A stretch of 64,000 bases of DNA from Octopus vulgaris (Eukaryota), in contig OX597841.1 in assembly GCA_951406725.2 (NCBI GenBank), forward strand, positions 26,970,001-27,034,000. The letters run 5' to 3'. The number at the start of each line of letters is the position of its first letter. The first letter of the stretch is position 1. Both the position numbers and the translations under genes were made by a program. The notes beneath the pieces were generated by a model that saw only the letters and a list, made by a program, of their open reading frames with translations, had not been told where the DNA came from and searched no databases. Shown here one piece after another: positions 28,181 through 42,064 of this stretch.

Positions 28181-28947
28181 AGATGTACAAATGAATAGAA
28201 AGAAAAAGAGAGGGAGAGAGATGGAAGAAGAGAGAAAACGAGAAAGAGGGTTGAGAGAAAAAAAGAGAGCGAAAGATAAAGGGAGAGAAAACGAGATAGA
28301 GAGGGAGATACTGCCCGATTCTCTCGTACGAATTAAGGGTTTGTTTTAGGGTTCTCTCCCTTTGATCTTCTCTTGTTTTGAAGGAGAAAATTTTTTCCTC
28401 TCTTTTCTCCTTTTTATGCGTACCTTCGTTTATTAGTATAATTTGCTCGTTCGTTTTTTTTTTTTTTCGTTTTTGACTTTTTTTTGTATATATATATCTC
28501 AATAAATTAACGATATTCCATATTCGTAGATTCATTCTTCACGCACATATATGATCACATTATACATATACATACCAATAAAATGTGTAGTTGTGTGTGT
28601 GTGTATGTGTATGTGTGTGCGTAATCATAAATATAAAGATACATTTTTTTGTGTATATATGCATCGATGTACATACATACGCAGGTGTACTTAATCACAT
28701 ATATACATACGTGAAGACATACACATACGCACATATATGCATAAATATATACACACATACATATATCTGAACACACACGTATATATATATGCACATATAT
28801 GTATGTATATAGTTGTATATATACGTGTGTGTACATATATGTATATATATATATATATATATACATACATACATATATGTACACACATATATATACAACC
28901 ATGTTTATGTATGTACACACACACACACATATACGTATACACGTGTA

Positions 28948-28981
<34 letters not shown>

Positions 28982-29776
28982 CTTATATACGAATATTACA
29001 TATATATAGACATAAATGTTTATATGTGTGTGTGTCTGTGTGTGTGTGTGTCTGTGTGTGTGTGTGAGTGTATGTATATATACTTCTATGTATAACATGC
29101 ACACAAACAGACATACACAGATTCACGCGCACACCCAACCATACTTCGCTGCAATTATAATGAAAATATTTCTTATGTACGAAGCGGTTAGCATAAGGGC
29201 TCAACAAACAAGAGCAAAATAGGATCCGATTCAAGGCAATAATATAATGATATATAGATATAGATACATCGATGAGAAACAAAAAAAAATCCCTATATAC
29301 TTGTAATAAAATATGGCTTCTAATTTTCGCACAAGGTTAATAATTTTGAGGGGAGGGGTCGTATTTGGTTGGTAGAATATTCTACAAAACCTGAAAATAT
29401 ATAGGGATAAGTTGTCTTTAAGCCTAATTATGTTTACAAATTGAGGTAAAAAGATTAGCTGATTTGATGCGCGCGGTTAGTCAATTATACACACACAAAC
29501 TGCAAAAGATCGGGGTACTTGGCTTAAAAATAGGAAGTAGTGGGATTGATTTGTTCGAATGAAGCAGTGCCCCAGCATGGCCGCAGTCCCATGACTGACA
29601 CAAATAAAAAACAAATAAAACAACTGGGGAACATGGCCGAAAAAAGGCGACAAAATGGCGCCTGTAGAATGCCATAAAATAAAAAAGTACGCATGAGTTT
29701 CGTGTAGGCCAGAGTTACATGAGTATAGATATACTTGTATATAAATGGTTGCGTCTATGTTGTGTCAATGCTGTGT

Positions 29777-29807
<31 letters not shown>

Positions 29808-29816
29808 GACATGCAC

Positions 29817-29876
<60 letters not shown>

Positions 29877-30809
29877 GTATACATACATACATATAAATAT
29901 ATATATATATATACGTACATACATATAAATATATATATATATATACGTACATACATATAAATATATATATATTTATATATACATACATATAATATATACA
30001 TATATATATATACACACACTCATGCACATATGTATGTATATAACGGGAAGCTTTATGAAAATAGACAAAAGACGAAGGCAGGTGGAAGACAAACGAACAA
30101 TTGTATTAGTATGTATGTATATACATATACACGCATACGTATGTACTTGGTGGGCTCTAACCGATATAATTTTTTACGCTACACTTCCAAATTGTTTATA
30201 TATATAAGTATATATATATATGTGTGTGCGTGTGTATGTACACACCGATGCATGCATATGTCTATATAGATACAAATAGACACAGATAGCGAAATAGATG
30301 GATGGCCATGCATATTGAAAGCGAAAAATGGAAAGAATATGTATGTATATATATACATATATATACATATATATATACATATATATACAGTCATCCTTGC
30401 ATTAATATATTCATTCACACTGCACAGCGCAATGGATTAGCAATTTATTAACAGTTACGCATGTCACAGACGTGTGAATGTATGAATTGAACAAACAAAT
30501 TGCATTTGGAGGCCCCACTTGGGAAAACATACACACCCTCGTATATACACGCACATATGTATGTATATATATATGTACACTTCTATTTTTAATCATGTGG
30601 AACCTTCCTGTGAAGAAAGAGCTGGTTTCTAACAAACATACAAAGCTCTATCGTCGGAGTGTAGATAATAAAAATATTTCCACATTTTTAACTTGGGAAA
30701 AGTCTTGCATATTTATATTGTTCCGCTTACAAATTGTACGTGTAATGTGCGAATTAACTGGTTTTTTATTTATTTATTTTATTTTATTTTATTTTATTTT
30801 ATTTATTTA

Positions 30810-31058
30810 TCTAGTTTCAGGTCACGAGCTGTGGCCATGCTGGGGCACCGCCATTTGGTGTTGCTACATGATTTTACTTCACGAATGCTTTTTAGCAATT
30901 GCCATTTGGTGCATGAGAGAGTTCGATGCAGCTGCCCTCATCTGCACCTCCTGCCGTGAAGTTGGTTCATCTAGGATACCTGACAAGAAGAGATCCAGTT
31001 TCATTTTAAAGACATCTGCGTCCACCCCATGCAGGTCTCTTAGGTTCTTCGGGAGGTT
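30810..31058 (-). pseudogene. 3' end of a CR1/L2-type LINE (ORF2 C-terminus plus 3' UTR and (TAAA/TAAAA)n tail)
   Basis: 31058-30879 translates to NLPKNLRDLHGVDADVFKMKLDLFLSGILDEPTSRQEVQMRAAASNSLMHQMAIAKKHS*, showing the N.LP...FK..LD pattern of CR1/L2 ORF2 ends. Confidence 0.8.
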
Positions 31059-31094
31059 GATTCATTTTTTAATTTTTTAAAATTTTTTATTTTT

Positions 31095-31215
31095 GGTTGA
31101 AAATCCTGGTTTATGTAGAATGTGACCTATGTATTTGTTCACAAAATCAAGTGCGTCAGTTATTACTGGTATGAATGTGAATTTATAATCGGCGTATAGA
31201 TGCGGGAAGTTTAAG
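31095..31215 (-). pseudogene. RLE-domain LINE fragment
   Basis: Minus strand LYADYKFTFIPVITDALDFV matches LYTDYKFRFIPVIIGALGYV in the 13382 ORF. Confidence 0.7.
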
Positions 31216-31610
31216 TATAGACACAAGGCCATCAATGTTGAGGGGAAGGGTTAATCGACATGATCAGCTGCACTACTTGAGGATTCTGCAGACCCCACAA
31301 AAATGAAAGGCAAAGTTTATCCTTGCGGTATTTGAACTCAGAACGTGAACAGCTCGGTCGAAAACCGCCATGTTTTCTGACGCTTCAACCATTTTGTCAA
31401 GTCCCTATTTATTTTGTTCATTCTTTTTTTCTTTTATTATTTTACGTGTTTCAGTCATTTGACCGCAGCCATGCTGGAGCACTGCCTTTAGTCCAGCAAA
31501 TCGAGCCCAGGACTTATTTTTTCTTAGCCTAATGGTTATTCTATCGGTTTCTTTTGCCGCTAAGCATTTTGCCCGGCGTGAGAACGATTCTGTCAACAAT
31601 AATAATGTTC

Positions 31611-31990
31611 TGGAGGCGCAATGGCCAAGTGGTTACGGCAGCGGACTCGCGGACGTTGGATTGCGGTTTCGATTCCCAGACCGGGCGTCGTGAGTGTTTA
31701 TTGAGCGAAAACACCTAAAGCTCCACGAGGCTCCGGCAGGGGGTAGTGGCGAACCCTGCTGTACTCTTTCACCACAACTTTCTCTCACTCTTTCTTCCTG
31801 TTTCTGTTGCACCTGTATTTCAAAGGGCCAGCCTTGTCACACTCTGTGTCACGCTGAATCTCCCCGAGACCTACGTTCAAGGTACACGTGTCTGTGGAGT
31901 GCTCAGCCACTTGCACGTTACTTTCACAAGGAAGCTGTTCTGTTTATCGGATCAATTGGAACCCTCGTCGTCGTAACCGACGGAGAGCCA
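31611..31990 (+). mobile_element. SINE family B, full length
   Basis: tggaggcgcaatggccaagtggtta...ggtttcgattcccagaccggg head. Confidence 0.9.
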
Positions 31991-32019
31991 CGAATAATGG
32001 TGTAGCATCTTGGCAGAAG

Positions 32020-32905
32020 GACAGCAAGTTCGTAGGATGGAAGTCGATTACAAAGGCCCCAGGGCTCAGATGGTACTCATGTCATCGACCCCCAAGGACA
32101 CAAAAGGAAAAGACGACCTCGGTGGAATTTGAACTCAGAGCGCAACGACGGACGAAATGCCGTTAAGTATTTCGTCCGGTGTGGTAACGATTCTGTCAGC
32201 CAGTCGCCCTCACTACCTTTAATAATAGTCCTTTCTACTAAAGGCACAAGACCTAAAATTAGAAGGGGGAAGATAAGTCGATTACATTAACTCCAGTGTT
32301 TTACTGGTACTTATTTTGTCGACCCCACAATGAAAAAAAAGGTGAAGTCGACTTCGGCAGAATTTGAACCCAGAACGTAAAAACCGGAGAAAATGCAGCG
32401 AAGCATTTTGCCCGGCGTGCTAACGATTCTGCCAACAATATTAATGGATTAACATTTTGGCAGACGGTCAGTGAGTTCGTGGGAGGACGGAAGTCGAGAT
32501 TACAAAGACCCCCAGGGCTCAACTGGTACTTACGTCATCGACACTAAAGACATAAAAAAGGAAATGACGACCACGGTGGAATTTGAACTCAGAACGTAAA
32601 AACGGAAGAAATGGTTCTTGGTATTTTCGTCCGACATTCTAAGATTTCTGCCAGCCCGTTACCTTAATAACCCTTTCTATAATAGACACAAAGTACGAAA
32701 TTTGAGGGGAGGGGGACTAGTAGATTGCAATTTGTCCGGCGTACGAACGCTTTAACGCTTGGCTTAATCTTTTCTCTTTTCTCTTTTACATGTTTCACTT
32801 ATTCGACTGCGGCCATGCTGGAGCACAGACTTGAATGGTTTTAGTCGAATAAATCGACCACACACAAAAAAACAAGCAACAACAGAAATAATAATAATAA
32901 TAATG

Positions 32906-32963
<58 letters not shown>

Positions 32964-33178
32964 TGGCTTCAAATTTTGATATGAGGCCAGCAATTTTGGG
33001 GAAGGGGGTAAGTCGATTACATTGACCCCCGCATTCAGCTGGTGCTTAATTTATCGTCCCCGAAATGATGAAAGGCAAAGTCGACCCCAGCGGAATTTGA
33101 ACTCAGAACGTGGCGGCAGACGAAATACCGCTAAACATTTCGCCCGGCGTGCTAACGATTCTACAAGCACACCGCCTT
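32020..33178 (-). mobile_element. Cluster of diverged SINE family C copies
   Basis: Repeated gacctcggtggaatttgaactcaga motifs. Confidence 0.75.
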
Positions 33179-33188
33179 AATAATAATA

Positions 33189-33224
<36 letters not shown>

Positions 33225-33846
33225 GCAGGAGCAACAATAACAAGCAGCAAAAGTCCAAACACAGCGGCAAAAGTCCAGCCAGGCAAATGCCAGGAAAAAA
33301 AAATAATAACATAGAAAATAAAACTATATAACTAAAAAAAAAATACAATAAAATAACAAAAAAAAAAACTAACAAAAAGAAATACAGAGAAAGAAAGTCA
33401 AAGCAAAGCACAGAATTCAAAACAAACAAAACACAAAATAAGAAGAAAATAAACAAAACAATAACAAAACAGAGACGGCGTCCAGGAATTGTCATTCAGG
33501 GCAAGAAACGGAGCGCTTTTATTTATCGTTAACCAAGAGAATGTCGGCCATCTTGGTAGCGGGAGATTTACTTGATAGCATAGCTCATCTGTCTGTGTAC
33601 ATTATTTATTTCTTTTTCCGCCCCCAGTGGACCGACGGACTCTGACAGACGGACTTTTAGACCCCACCCCCCACATTACACATTAGCCCCTCTCATTCAG
33701 TCCAGTCCATGCACCTACTTGTATATACATATGTAAACATACATACATACATACATACATACATACATACATACATACATACACACATATATATATATAT
33801 ATGTGCATATATGTGACTGTATGCATATATCCATAAATATACGTAT

Positions 33847-33900
<54 letters not shown>

Positions 33901-34143
33901 TTATATATATACGTATACATACATATACATAAATATATGTGTGTGTACATGTACAGATATGCATACATCAATGAATAAATATACACATGCATATATATAT
34001 ATGTGTATATATGTATATACGCATATATACATACACACACACATATATATATATATATAGACATACACAAATATAAATATACATATGTACACGTATGTAT
34101 GCTTATATATAAATATATATGCAAACACATGTACGAGTAGATA

Positions 34144-34174
<31 letters not shown>

Positions 34175-34315
34175 GTATACACACACACATGCATACATAC
34201 AGATATATATATATCACAGATCTACATATATGACCTATGAAACCATAAACTCTCATACACATTCATGCACACGCATATATGCATGCAAAAATACACATAG
34301 ATATATATAAATATA

Positions 34316-34361
<46 letters not shown>

Positions 34362-34684
34362 GACATATATGCTTATACATACATACATACATATATATAT
34401 ATACGTAACATACGTATATATAAACAAATATATGAGCACACACACATATATATATACATATATGAGTACGTTTATATACATATATAAACGTACCCATATG
34501 TATATATACTTATATACATATATACTTACACACACACATATATGTGTGTATACAGATGTGTATATATATATATATATATACAGTTGTTGCCTACGTGTTT
34601 TGACACTTTCATACCAGTACGTGTCTGCCTCTGCAGGTATTTACATAAATATACAAGCGAGTGTACATAATAACGTGACAGTAC

Positions 34685-34720
<36 letters not shown>

Positions 34721-34731
34721 ACACACATACA

Positions 34732-34762
<31 letters not shown>

Positions 34763-35040
34763 GCATGAATGTGTTTGTGTAAGAAAGAATATATATATAT
34801 ATATGTATGTATGTATGTTTGTATGTATGTATGTATGTATGTTTGTATGTATGTATGTATGTAGGTATGTATATATAAGTGCATGTGCGTATATGTGAAG
34901 TGTGTAGATAGTTGTGTGTGTATGTGCCTGCTTCTGTCGATGTATGTAGATCAAACTAGACAATGTGAAAACTAAGATATAGTGCTGACATTAAAAACTG
35001 CTATTATTACGATTACTATCATTATTATTATTATTATTAC

Positions 35041-35082
<42 letters not shown>

Positions 35083-35092
35083 CAGCAGCAGC

Positions 35093-35136
<44 letters not shown>

Positions 35137-35224
35137 GAGGAGGAATCGGTGGCCAGAACAACGGCAAGAGCATTACGCGGTGGTACCGCAATACTTACGC
35201 GCGCCATCTTGCGTGTAGTTACGC

Positions 35225-35255
<31 letters not shown>

Positions 35256-35368
35256 GATTTACGTGTAGATCTTATACGTGAGAATACTGTGTGTGTATGT
35301 GTGTATGTATGTATGTATGTGTGTGTGTATGTGTGTATGTATGTATGTGTGTATGTATGTATGTATGT

Positions 35369-35430
<62 letters not shown>

Positions 35431-35515
35431 GTGTGTGTGTGTGTATGTGTGTATGTATGTATGTATGTGTGTGTGTATGTGTGTGTGTATGTATGTGTAT
35501 GTATGTATGTATGTA

Positions 35516-35546
<31 letters not shown>

Positions 35547-35547
35547 A

Positions 35548-35582
<35 letters not shown>

Positions 35583-35797
35583 ATGTGTGTGTGTATGTGT
35601 GTATGCATGTACTCAGCTGCGTGAATGTGAGTATAGTCTACATGAGGAATGGTCATGTGTATGCATGTCTTTGCTACGTGAATCTTCGTAGGTCTGCGCG
35701 TATGTGCGTATACATACATATATATAGCTAGATAGATGGGTAGATTGTGGGTAGATAGATAAACAGACAGACAAACTGATGTATAGATCGATCGATC

Positions 35798-35843
<46 letters not shown>

Positions 35844-36032
35844 GAATTAGAGATAAAATATTATATAAATTATATTTATTTTATTTGTTATTTGTGTATT
35901 GGTTTATGTCTATCACTGTTTGAGTTGCATAATAGTGGTTTTATCTCTAATTCATATTTTATATATTTATACTGTCAAATTTGATTTAATCCTAAATCTA
36001 ATTTTTCCCTGTAAGTTTGGAGCCATACTCCC

Positions 36033-36072
<40 letters not shown>

Positions 36073-36160
36073 TATAAATATAGACAGATATAAGAATTTT
36101 TTGTGTAATGATATAAAAAAACCAAGGTTGTGTAGATATTAGAACATTTATAGATAGAAG

Positions 36161-36215
36161 GTCTTACAGCTGTTTCAAGGATATTTATTAATTATATCCC
36201 TCCTTCATCGGAGAC
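36161..36215 (-). ncRNA. Type I hammerhead-like ribozyme (CCGATGA core)
   Basis: Reverse complement gtct-CCGATGA-aggagggatat..atatcctt-GAAA-cagctg-TA-agac: 4-bp helix I, long helix II, palindromic helix III, GUA site. Confidence 0.7.
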
Positions 36216-36497
36216 GATGTGAGAGGATGGTTAAGTAATAGTTAATTTAGATGGGATACAAAATAGAGAGTGAGGTGGAGGAAGGAAAATAGATGTTAGA
36301 TATGTATACTCGGAAATAGATGCGTGGCGTTGAATCGAATATTATAAATAATATAACTCGCTGAAACTAAGGCGGTGCTCCAGCATGGCCACAGTCAAAT
36401 GACTGAAACAAGTAAAAGAGTGAAAAAGAGAATATATATATATATCCTTAAATCTTTAAAAATGTTTTAGCCCGAAGGTCGCGGCCATGCTGGGGCA

Positions 36498-36898
36498 CGG
36501 CTGTGTGGTAAGTAGCTTGCTAACCAACCACATGGTTCCGGGTTCAGTCCCACTGCGTGGCATCTTGGGCAAGTGTCTTCTGCTATAGCCCCGGGCCGAC
36601 CAATGCCTTGTGAGTGGATTTGGTAGACGGAAACTGAAAGAAGCCTGTCGTATATATGTATATATATATATGTATGTGTGTGTGTTTGTGTGTCTGTGTT
36701 TGTTCCCCTAGCATTGCTTGACAACCGATGCTGGTGTGTTTACGTCCCCGTCACTTAACGGTTCGGCAAAAAGAGACCGATAGAATAAGTACTGGGCTTA
36801 CAAAAAGAATAAGTCTCGGGGTCGGGTTGCTCGACTAAAGGCGGTGCTCCAGCATGGCCGCAGTCAAATGACTGAAACAAGTAAAAGAGTAAAAGAGT
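36498..36898 (+). mobile_element. SINE family A
   Basis: Full head-core-tail. Confidence 0.9.
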
Positions 36899-37011
36899 AT
36901 ATGTATATATACACACGCGCACATACATACATATATATATATATGGGTACAAGACGTCACTAACAGTAAACAACCTGCAATACGAAGACAAATGAGTTCA
37001 ATAAGCAAACA

Positions 37012-38069
37012 ATGGTACTTAATTTATCGACCCCGAAAGAATGAAATGCAAAGTCAACTTCGGCAGAATTTGAACTCAGATCGTGAAGTCGGATGAACTA
37101 CCTATTTCTCTACTACCCACAAGGGGCTAAACATAGAGGGGACAAACTAGGACAGACACACGGATTAAATCGATCACATCGACCCCAGTGCGTAATTGGT
37201 ACTTAATTTATCGACCCCGAAAGGATGAAAGGCAAAGTCGACCTCGGTGGAATTTGAACTCAGGACGTAGCGACAGACGAAATACCTATTTCTTTATTAC
37301 CCACAAGGGGCTAAACACAGAGAGGACAAACTAGGACAGACACACGGATTAAATCGATCACATCGACCCCAGTGCGTAATTGGTACTTTATTTATCGACC
37401 CCGAAAGAATGAAAGGCAAAGTCGACCTCGGTGGAATTTGAACTCAGGACGTAGCGACAGACGAAATACCTATTTCTTTATTACCCACAAGGGGCTAAAC
37501 ACAGAGAGGACAAACTAGGACAGACACACGGATTAAATCGATCACATCGACCCCAGTGCGTAATTGGTACTTTATTTATCGACCCCGAAAGAATGAAAGG
37601 CAAAGTCGACCTCGGTGGAATTTGAACTCAGGACGTAGCGACAGACGAAATACCTATTTCTTTATTACCCACAAGGGGCTAAACACAGAGAGGACAAACT
37701 AGGACAGACACGCGGATTAAATCGATCACATCGACCCCAGTGCGTAATTGGTACTTAATATATCGACCCCGAAAGGATGAAAGGCAAAGTCGACCTCGGG
37801 GGAATTTGAACTCAGAACGTAACAGCAGACGCAATACCTATTTCTTTACTACCCACAAGGGGCTAAACACAGAGGGGACAAACAAGGACAGACATAGGTA
37901 TTAAGTCGATTACATCGACCCCAGTGCGTAACTGGTACTTAATTTATCAAGCCCGAAAGGATGAAAGGCAACGTCGACCTCGGTAGAATTTGAACTCAGA
38001 ACGTAGCGACAGACGAAATACCGCTAAGTGTTTCGCCTGGCGTGCTAACGATTCTACCAGCTTGCCGCC

Positions 38070-38071
<2 letters not shown>
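37012..38071 (-). mobile_element. Tandem array of SINE family C, 180-bp period, about 6 units
   Basis: Near-identical consecutive units; single head at about 38020-38070. Confidence 0.92.
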
Positions 38072-38117
<46 letters not shown>

Positions 38118-38672
38118 GCCCTGATGCAGTACCAGGCAGTGGCTCTCATGGCTTCTGATCTTAACTGATTGGAAGTGTTATCATGTACATTGTTTTGTCT
38201 TGGTATAAAAGATGGGCTACAGCAAATATTCTGCTCAATACCACAGATTTGCTTGACAGTTGTTTGACCGTAACCAGTTGATTATGTCCCTTAGTGGCTG
38301 ATGATATGTGCATCTCTGATCACGAGCAGAAGTAGTGGGGGAGCATCATAGCCATGTGTTGAGAAGGATTCTTTGGGGTTTGAATAATTCACCTCTGGAA
38401 ACATCAGTGTTTCGTTCAACGTCCTTAAACAACCCTTATTCAGGGACCTTTTGTGCGGGATGGGCTACTCAACCTGAAGAACATTCTAACTGGGCTCCAC
38501 CTGCAAGGTCATGTGCTGTTTATCTTGATATGAGATCACCATGTCGCGCACATATGGTTGTGATGCATGTGCCTGGTGTACCCTTATCAGACGGGTAGTC
38601 ATGATGGGTATACTGGGCTTCGTATATTTTACCCCAGTGTCACTTTGATGGCATGCTCTGCTCGCTCACTCA
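38118..38672. mobile_element. Non-autonomous element inserted in (AAT)n
   Basis: Bounded by (aat)n on both sides; its end cccttatc...ggcttcgtatattt...ctcactcaataat recurs at 8285-8380. Confidence 0.65.
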
Positions 38673-38884
38673 ATAATAATAATAATAATAACAAGGTTTT
38701 CTAATTAAGGTACAAGACTATCAGTTTTGTGGGTGGGCGCGGACATCGATTACATCAACCTCAGTAATTGATTTGTACATTATTTTATCGATCCCGTGGG
38801 GGTGGTGGGGGTGGAATGAGAAGCAAAGTTCGTATCCTCGGGATTTGAGCTCAAAACGTAAATGTCCGCAACAAAAACAGCAGC

Positions 38885-38917
<33 letters not shown>

Positions 38918-38924
38918 TGTGGCG

Positions 38925-38956
<32 letters not shown>

Positions 38957-39008
38957 GGTGGTGGCGGTAGTAGTAGTAGTAGTGGTGGTGGTGGTGGTAG
39001 TGGTGGTG

Positions 39009-39040
<32 letters not shown>

Positions 39041-39047
39041 GGTGGCG

Positions 39048-39090
<43 letters not shown>

Positions 39091-39213
39091 CGGTGGTGGT
39101 GGTGGTAGTAGTAGTAGTAGTGGTATCTTCCTCGCTCCCTTTACCACCACCACTAGCACCACCACCACCACAGCCAGAACTCCCACCACTTCCACTACCG
39201 CCACCACAATCAT

Positions 39214-39245
<32 letters not shown>

Positions 39246-39504
39246 GCACCACCACCACCACCACCACCACCACCACCCATCTCCCTCACTTCTGCCAGAC
39301 ACATAAAATTCACAAGCAAACGTAAACTTAGCATTTTCTGTTTCAATGAGTTAAATTTAAACCGCCGTCTGTCAGTCTTCATGTCAATCGGTCTGTCTGT
39401 CTGTTTGTCTCTCTGTCTGTCTGTCTGTCTGTGAGTCGAATTTACGCGAAACCCCCCCCCCCAAAAAAAAAACAAAGTAAAAAAAAAAAAAGTAGACCAA
39501 GACT

Positions 39505-40132
39505 CTTTTACTTGTTTCAGCCAATGACTATGGCCATGCTGGAGCACCGCCCTTTAGTCGAGCAAATCGATCCCGGGGACTTATTCTTTTGTAAGCCTAG
39601 TACTTATTCTATCGGTCTCTTTTACTTGTTTCAGTCATTTGACTGTGGCCATGCTGGAGCACCGCCTTTTTAGTCGAGCAAATCGACCCCGGGACTTATT
39701 CTTTGTAAGCCCAGTACTTATTCTATCGGTCTCTTTTTCTTGTTTCAGTCATTTGACTGTGGCCATGCTGGAGCACCGCCTTTTTAGTCGAGCAAATCGA
39801 TCCCTGGACTTATTCTTTGTAAGCCTAGCACTTATTCTATCGGGTCTCTTTTGCCGAACCGCTAAGTAACGGGGACGTAAACACACTAGCATCGGTTGTG
39901 AAGCGATGTTGGGGCGACAAAACAGGCAAAAATATATACACACACATACATATACATATATACGACGGGCTTCTTTCAGTTTCCGTCTACTAAATCCACT
40001 CACAAGGCTTTGGTCGGCCCGAGGCTATAGTTGAAGACACTTGCACAAGGTGCCATGCAGTGGGACAGAACTCGGAACCATGTGGTTGGTAAGCAAGCTA
40101 CTTACCACACAGCCACTCCTACGCCTATATAT

Positions 40133-40182
<50 letters not shown>

Positions 40183-40344
40183 GATGGGCTTCTTTCAGTT
40201 TCCGTCTACTAAATCTACTCACATGGATTTGGTCGGCCCGAGGCTATGGTAGAAGACACTTGCCCAAGGTGCCACGTAGTGGGACTGAACCCAGAACCAT
40301 GTGGTTGGTAAGCATGCTACTCATCACACAGCCACTCATACGCC

Positions 40345-40385
<41 letters not shown>

Positions 40386-40548
40386 GATGGGCTTCTTTCC
40401 GTTTCCGTCTACCAAATCCACTCACAAGGCTTTGGTCGGACAGAGGCTATAGTAGAAGACACTTGGCCAAGGTGCCACGCAGTGGGACTGAACCCGGAAC
40501 CATGTGGTTGGTAAACAAGCTACTTACCACACAGCCAGTCCTACGCCT
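39505..40548 (-). mobile_element. SINE family A cluster: triplicated 3' tail and triplicated 5' head
   Basis: Tail unit repeats at about 39505, 39620 and 39735; heads end at about 40125, 40345 and 40547. Confidence 0.9.
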
Positions 40549-40704
40549 ATGATCAATTATCAATATTTATCGCTTATTTAAGCCACACTCGTTATCTTCG
40601 ATTCGGTTTTCGCGCCCGTCCTTGCTTATAGTCATAAATGTGTTGGGTCAGAACTGAAAGAATACAGTCGCAGATAAAACCATCGGAAATGGGGTTCCTA
40701 TGAA

Positions 40705-40747
40705 GGCTTTCACCCAGGCGGCCCGGGTTCGATTCCCGGCATGGGAA
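40705..40747 (+). pseudogene. 3' half of tRNA-Glu(TTC)
   Basis: GGCTTTCACCCAGGCGGCCCGGGTTCGATTCCCGGCATGGGAA gives an anticodon loop with TTC, T-arm and acceptor 3' strand of metazoan tRNA-Glu; no 5' acceptor strand or D-arm upstream. Confidence 0.85.
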
Positions 40748-41044
40748 CGTTTCTTAAAGGCGTTGCTCCAGCATGGCTACAGTCAAATGACTGAAACAAG
40801 TAAAAGAGTAACATGACTAATGACTAAAAGAGAACAATAAGGAGTAGAAACGGTCGAACTGGGCCACAGGATCTCTGAGCTGACGTTACTCTTGTTTCTT
40901 TATTGCCCACAAGGGGCTAAACATAGAGGGGACAAACAAGGAAAGACAAAGGGACTAAGTCGATTACATCGACCCCAGTGCGACAATGAGGCCCATATGA
41001 TAGTGGTTTCGACATTTTTCTTCAATCAAACTCTACAATTAATC

Positions 41045-41064
41045 AATCAGTCTATCTGTCTGTC

Positions 41065-41095
<31 letters not shown>

Positions 41096-41520
41096 GTCTG
41101 TCTATCTGTCTATCTCACTGTCTATCTGTATATCTGTCTGTTTCACTGTCTCACTGTCTATCTGTCTGTCTGTCTGTCTGTCTCACTGTCTATCTGTCTG
41201 TCTGTCTCACTGTCTGTCTCACTGTCTGTCTCACTGTCTGTCTGTCTCACTGTCTGTCTGTCTATCTCACTGTCTATCTGTCTATCTCACTGTCTATCTG
41301 TCTATCTCACTGTCTATCTGTCTATCTCACTGTCTATCTGTCTGTCTCACTGTCTATCTGTCTGTCTCACTGTCTATCTGTCTGTCTCACTGTCTATCTG
41401 TCTGTCTGTCTGTCTGTCTGTCTCACTGTGTATCTGTCTGTCTCACTGTCTATCTATCTATCTATCTGTCTGTCTGTCTGTCTGTCTCACTGTCTATCTG
41501 TCTGTCTGTGTCTGTCTCAC

Positions 41521-41552
<32 letters not shown>
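41045..41552. repeat. (TCTG/TCTA)n with recurring tctcactg
   Basis: Direct inspection. Confidence 0.9.
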
Positions 41553-42064
41553 AGGGCACTGAGAGATCACATTTACGGCACGATTGACATATAATCAGAA
41601 TATCTCAGAAAAGAGCCGCAAGACGAATTCTTGAGACCCAGGGTTACACCAAGAATGAACAAAAGGAGTTCGATCGCGAATACAAGCAGCTCCGAACTGG
41701 GGTTCTCCTGCAGAATCCCTGCAGTAACATTACTCGAAAGGATGGAGCGCAGAGACGATCTCGGCGGCATTTGAAATTTTGAACGTAAAGACGGATGAAA
41801 TGCCGCTAAGCGTTTTGTCCGGCGAGTACAAGATCGGCACATCCTTCACTGACATCAGTAATAAGAAGACCACTGCCGCCGCCACCACCACCACCGCCGC
41901 TGCTGCCGCCACGTCCACTGGCGATAAGAAAAAAAAGGACCACAACCACCCACACGATCACCAGCGCCGCCAATAGCTTAGATGACCACAATCGCCACCA
42001 CTTGGTCCACCACCACCACCGCCACCAGCAACAACAACAACTAGAAAAATAAAAGGGAGATCAT

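Noticed and set aside
31611-31685. tRNA genes at SINE heads (also 43743 and 43904)
   Set aside because: They continue into SINE bodies and do not form a complete cloverleaf
40680-40747. Functional tRNA-Glu gene
   Set aside because: No 5' acceptor strand, A box or D-arm
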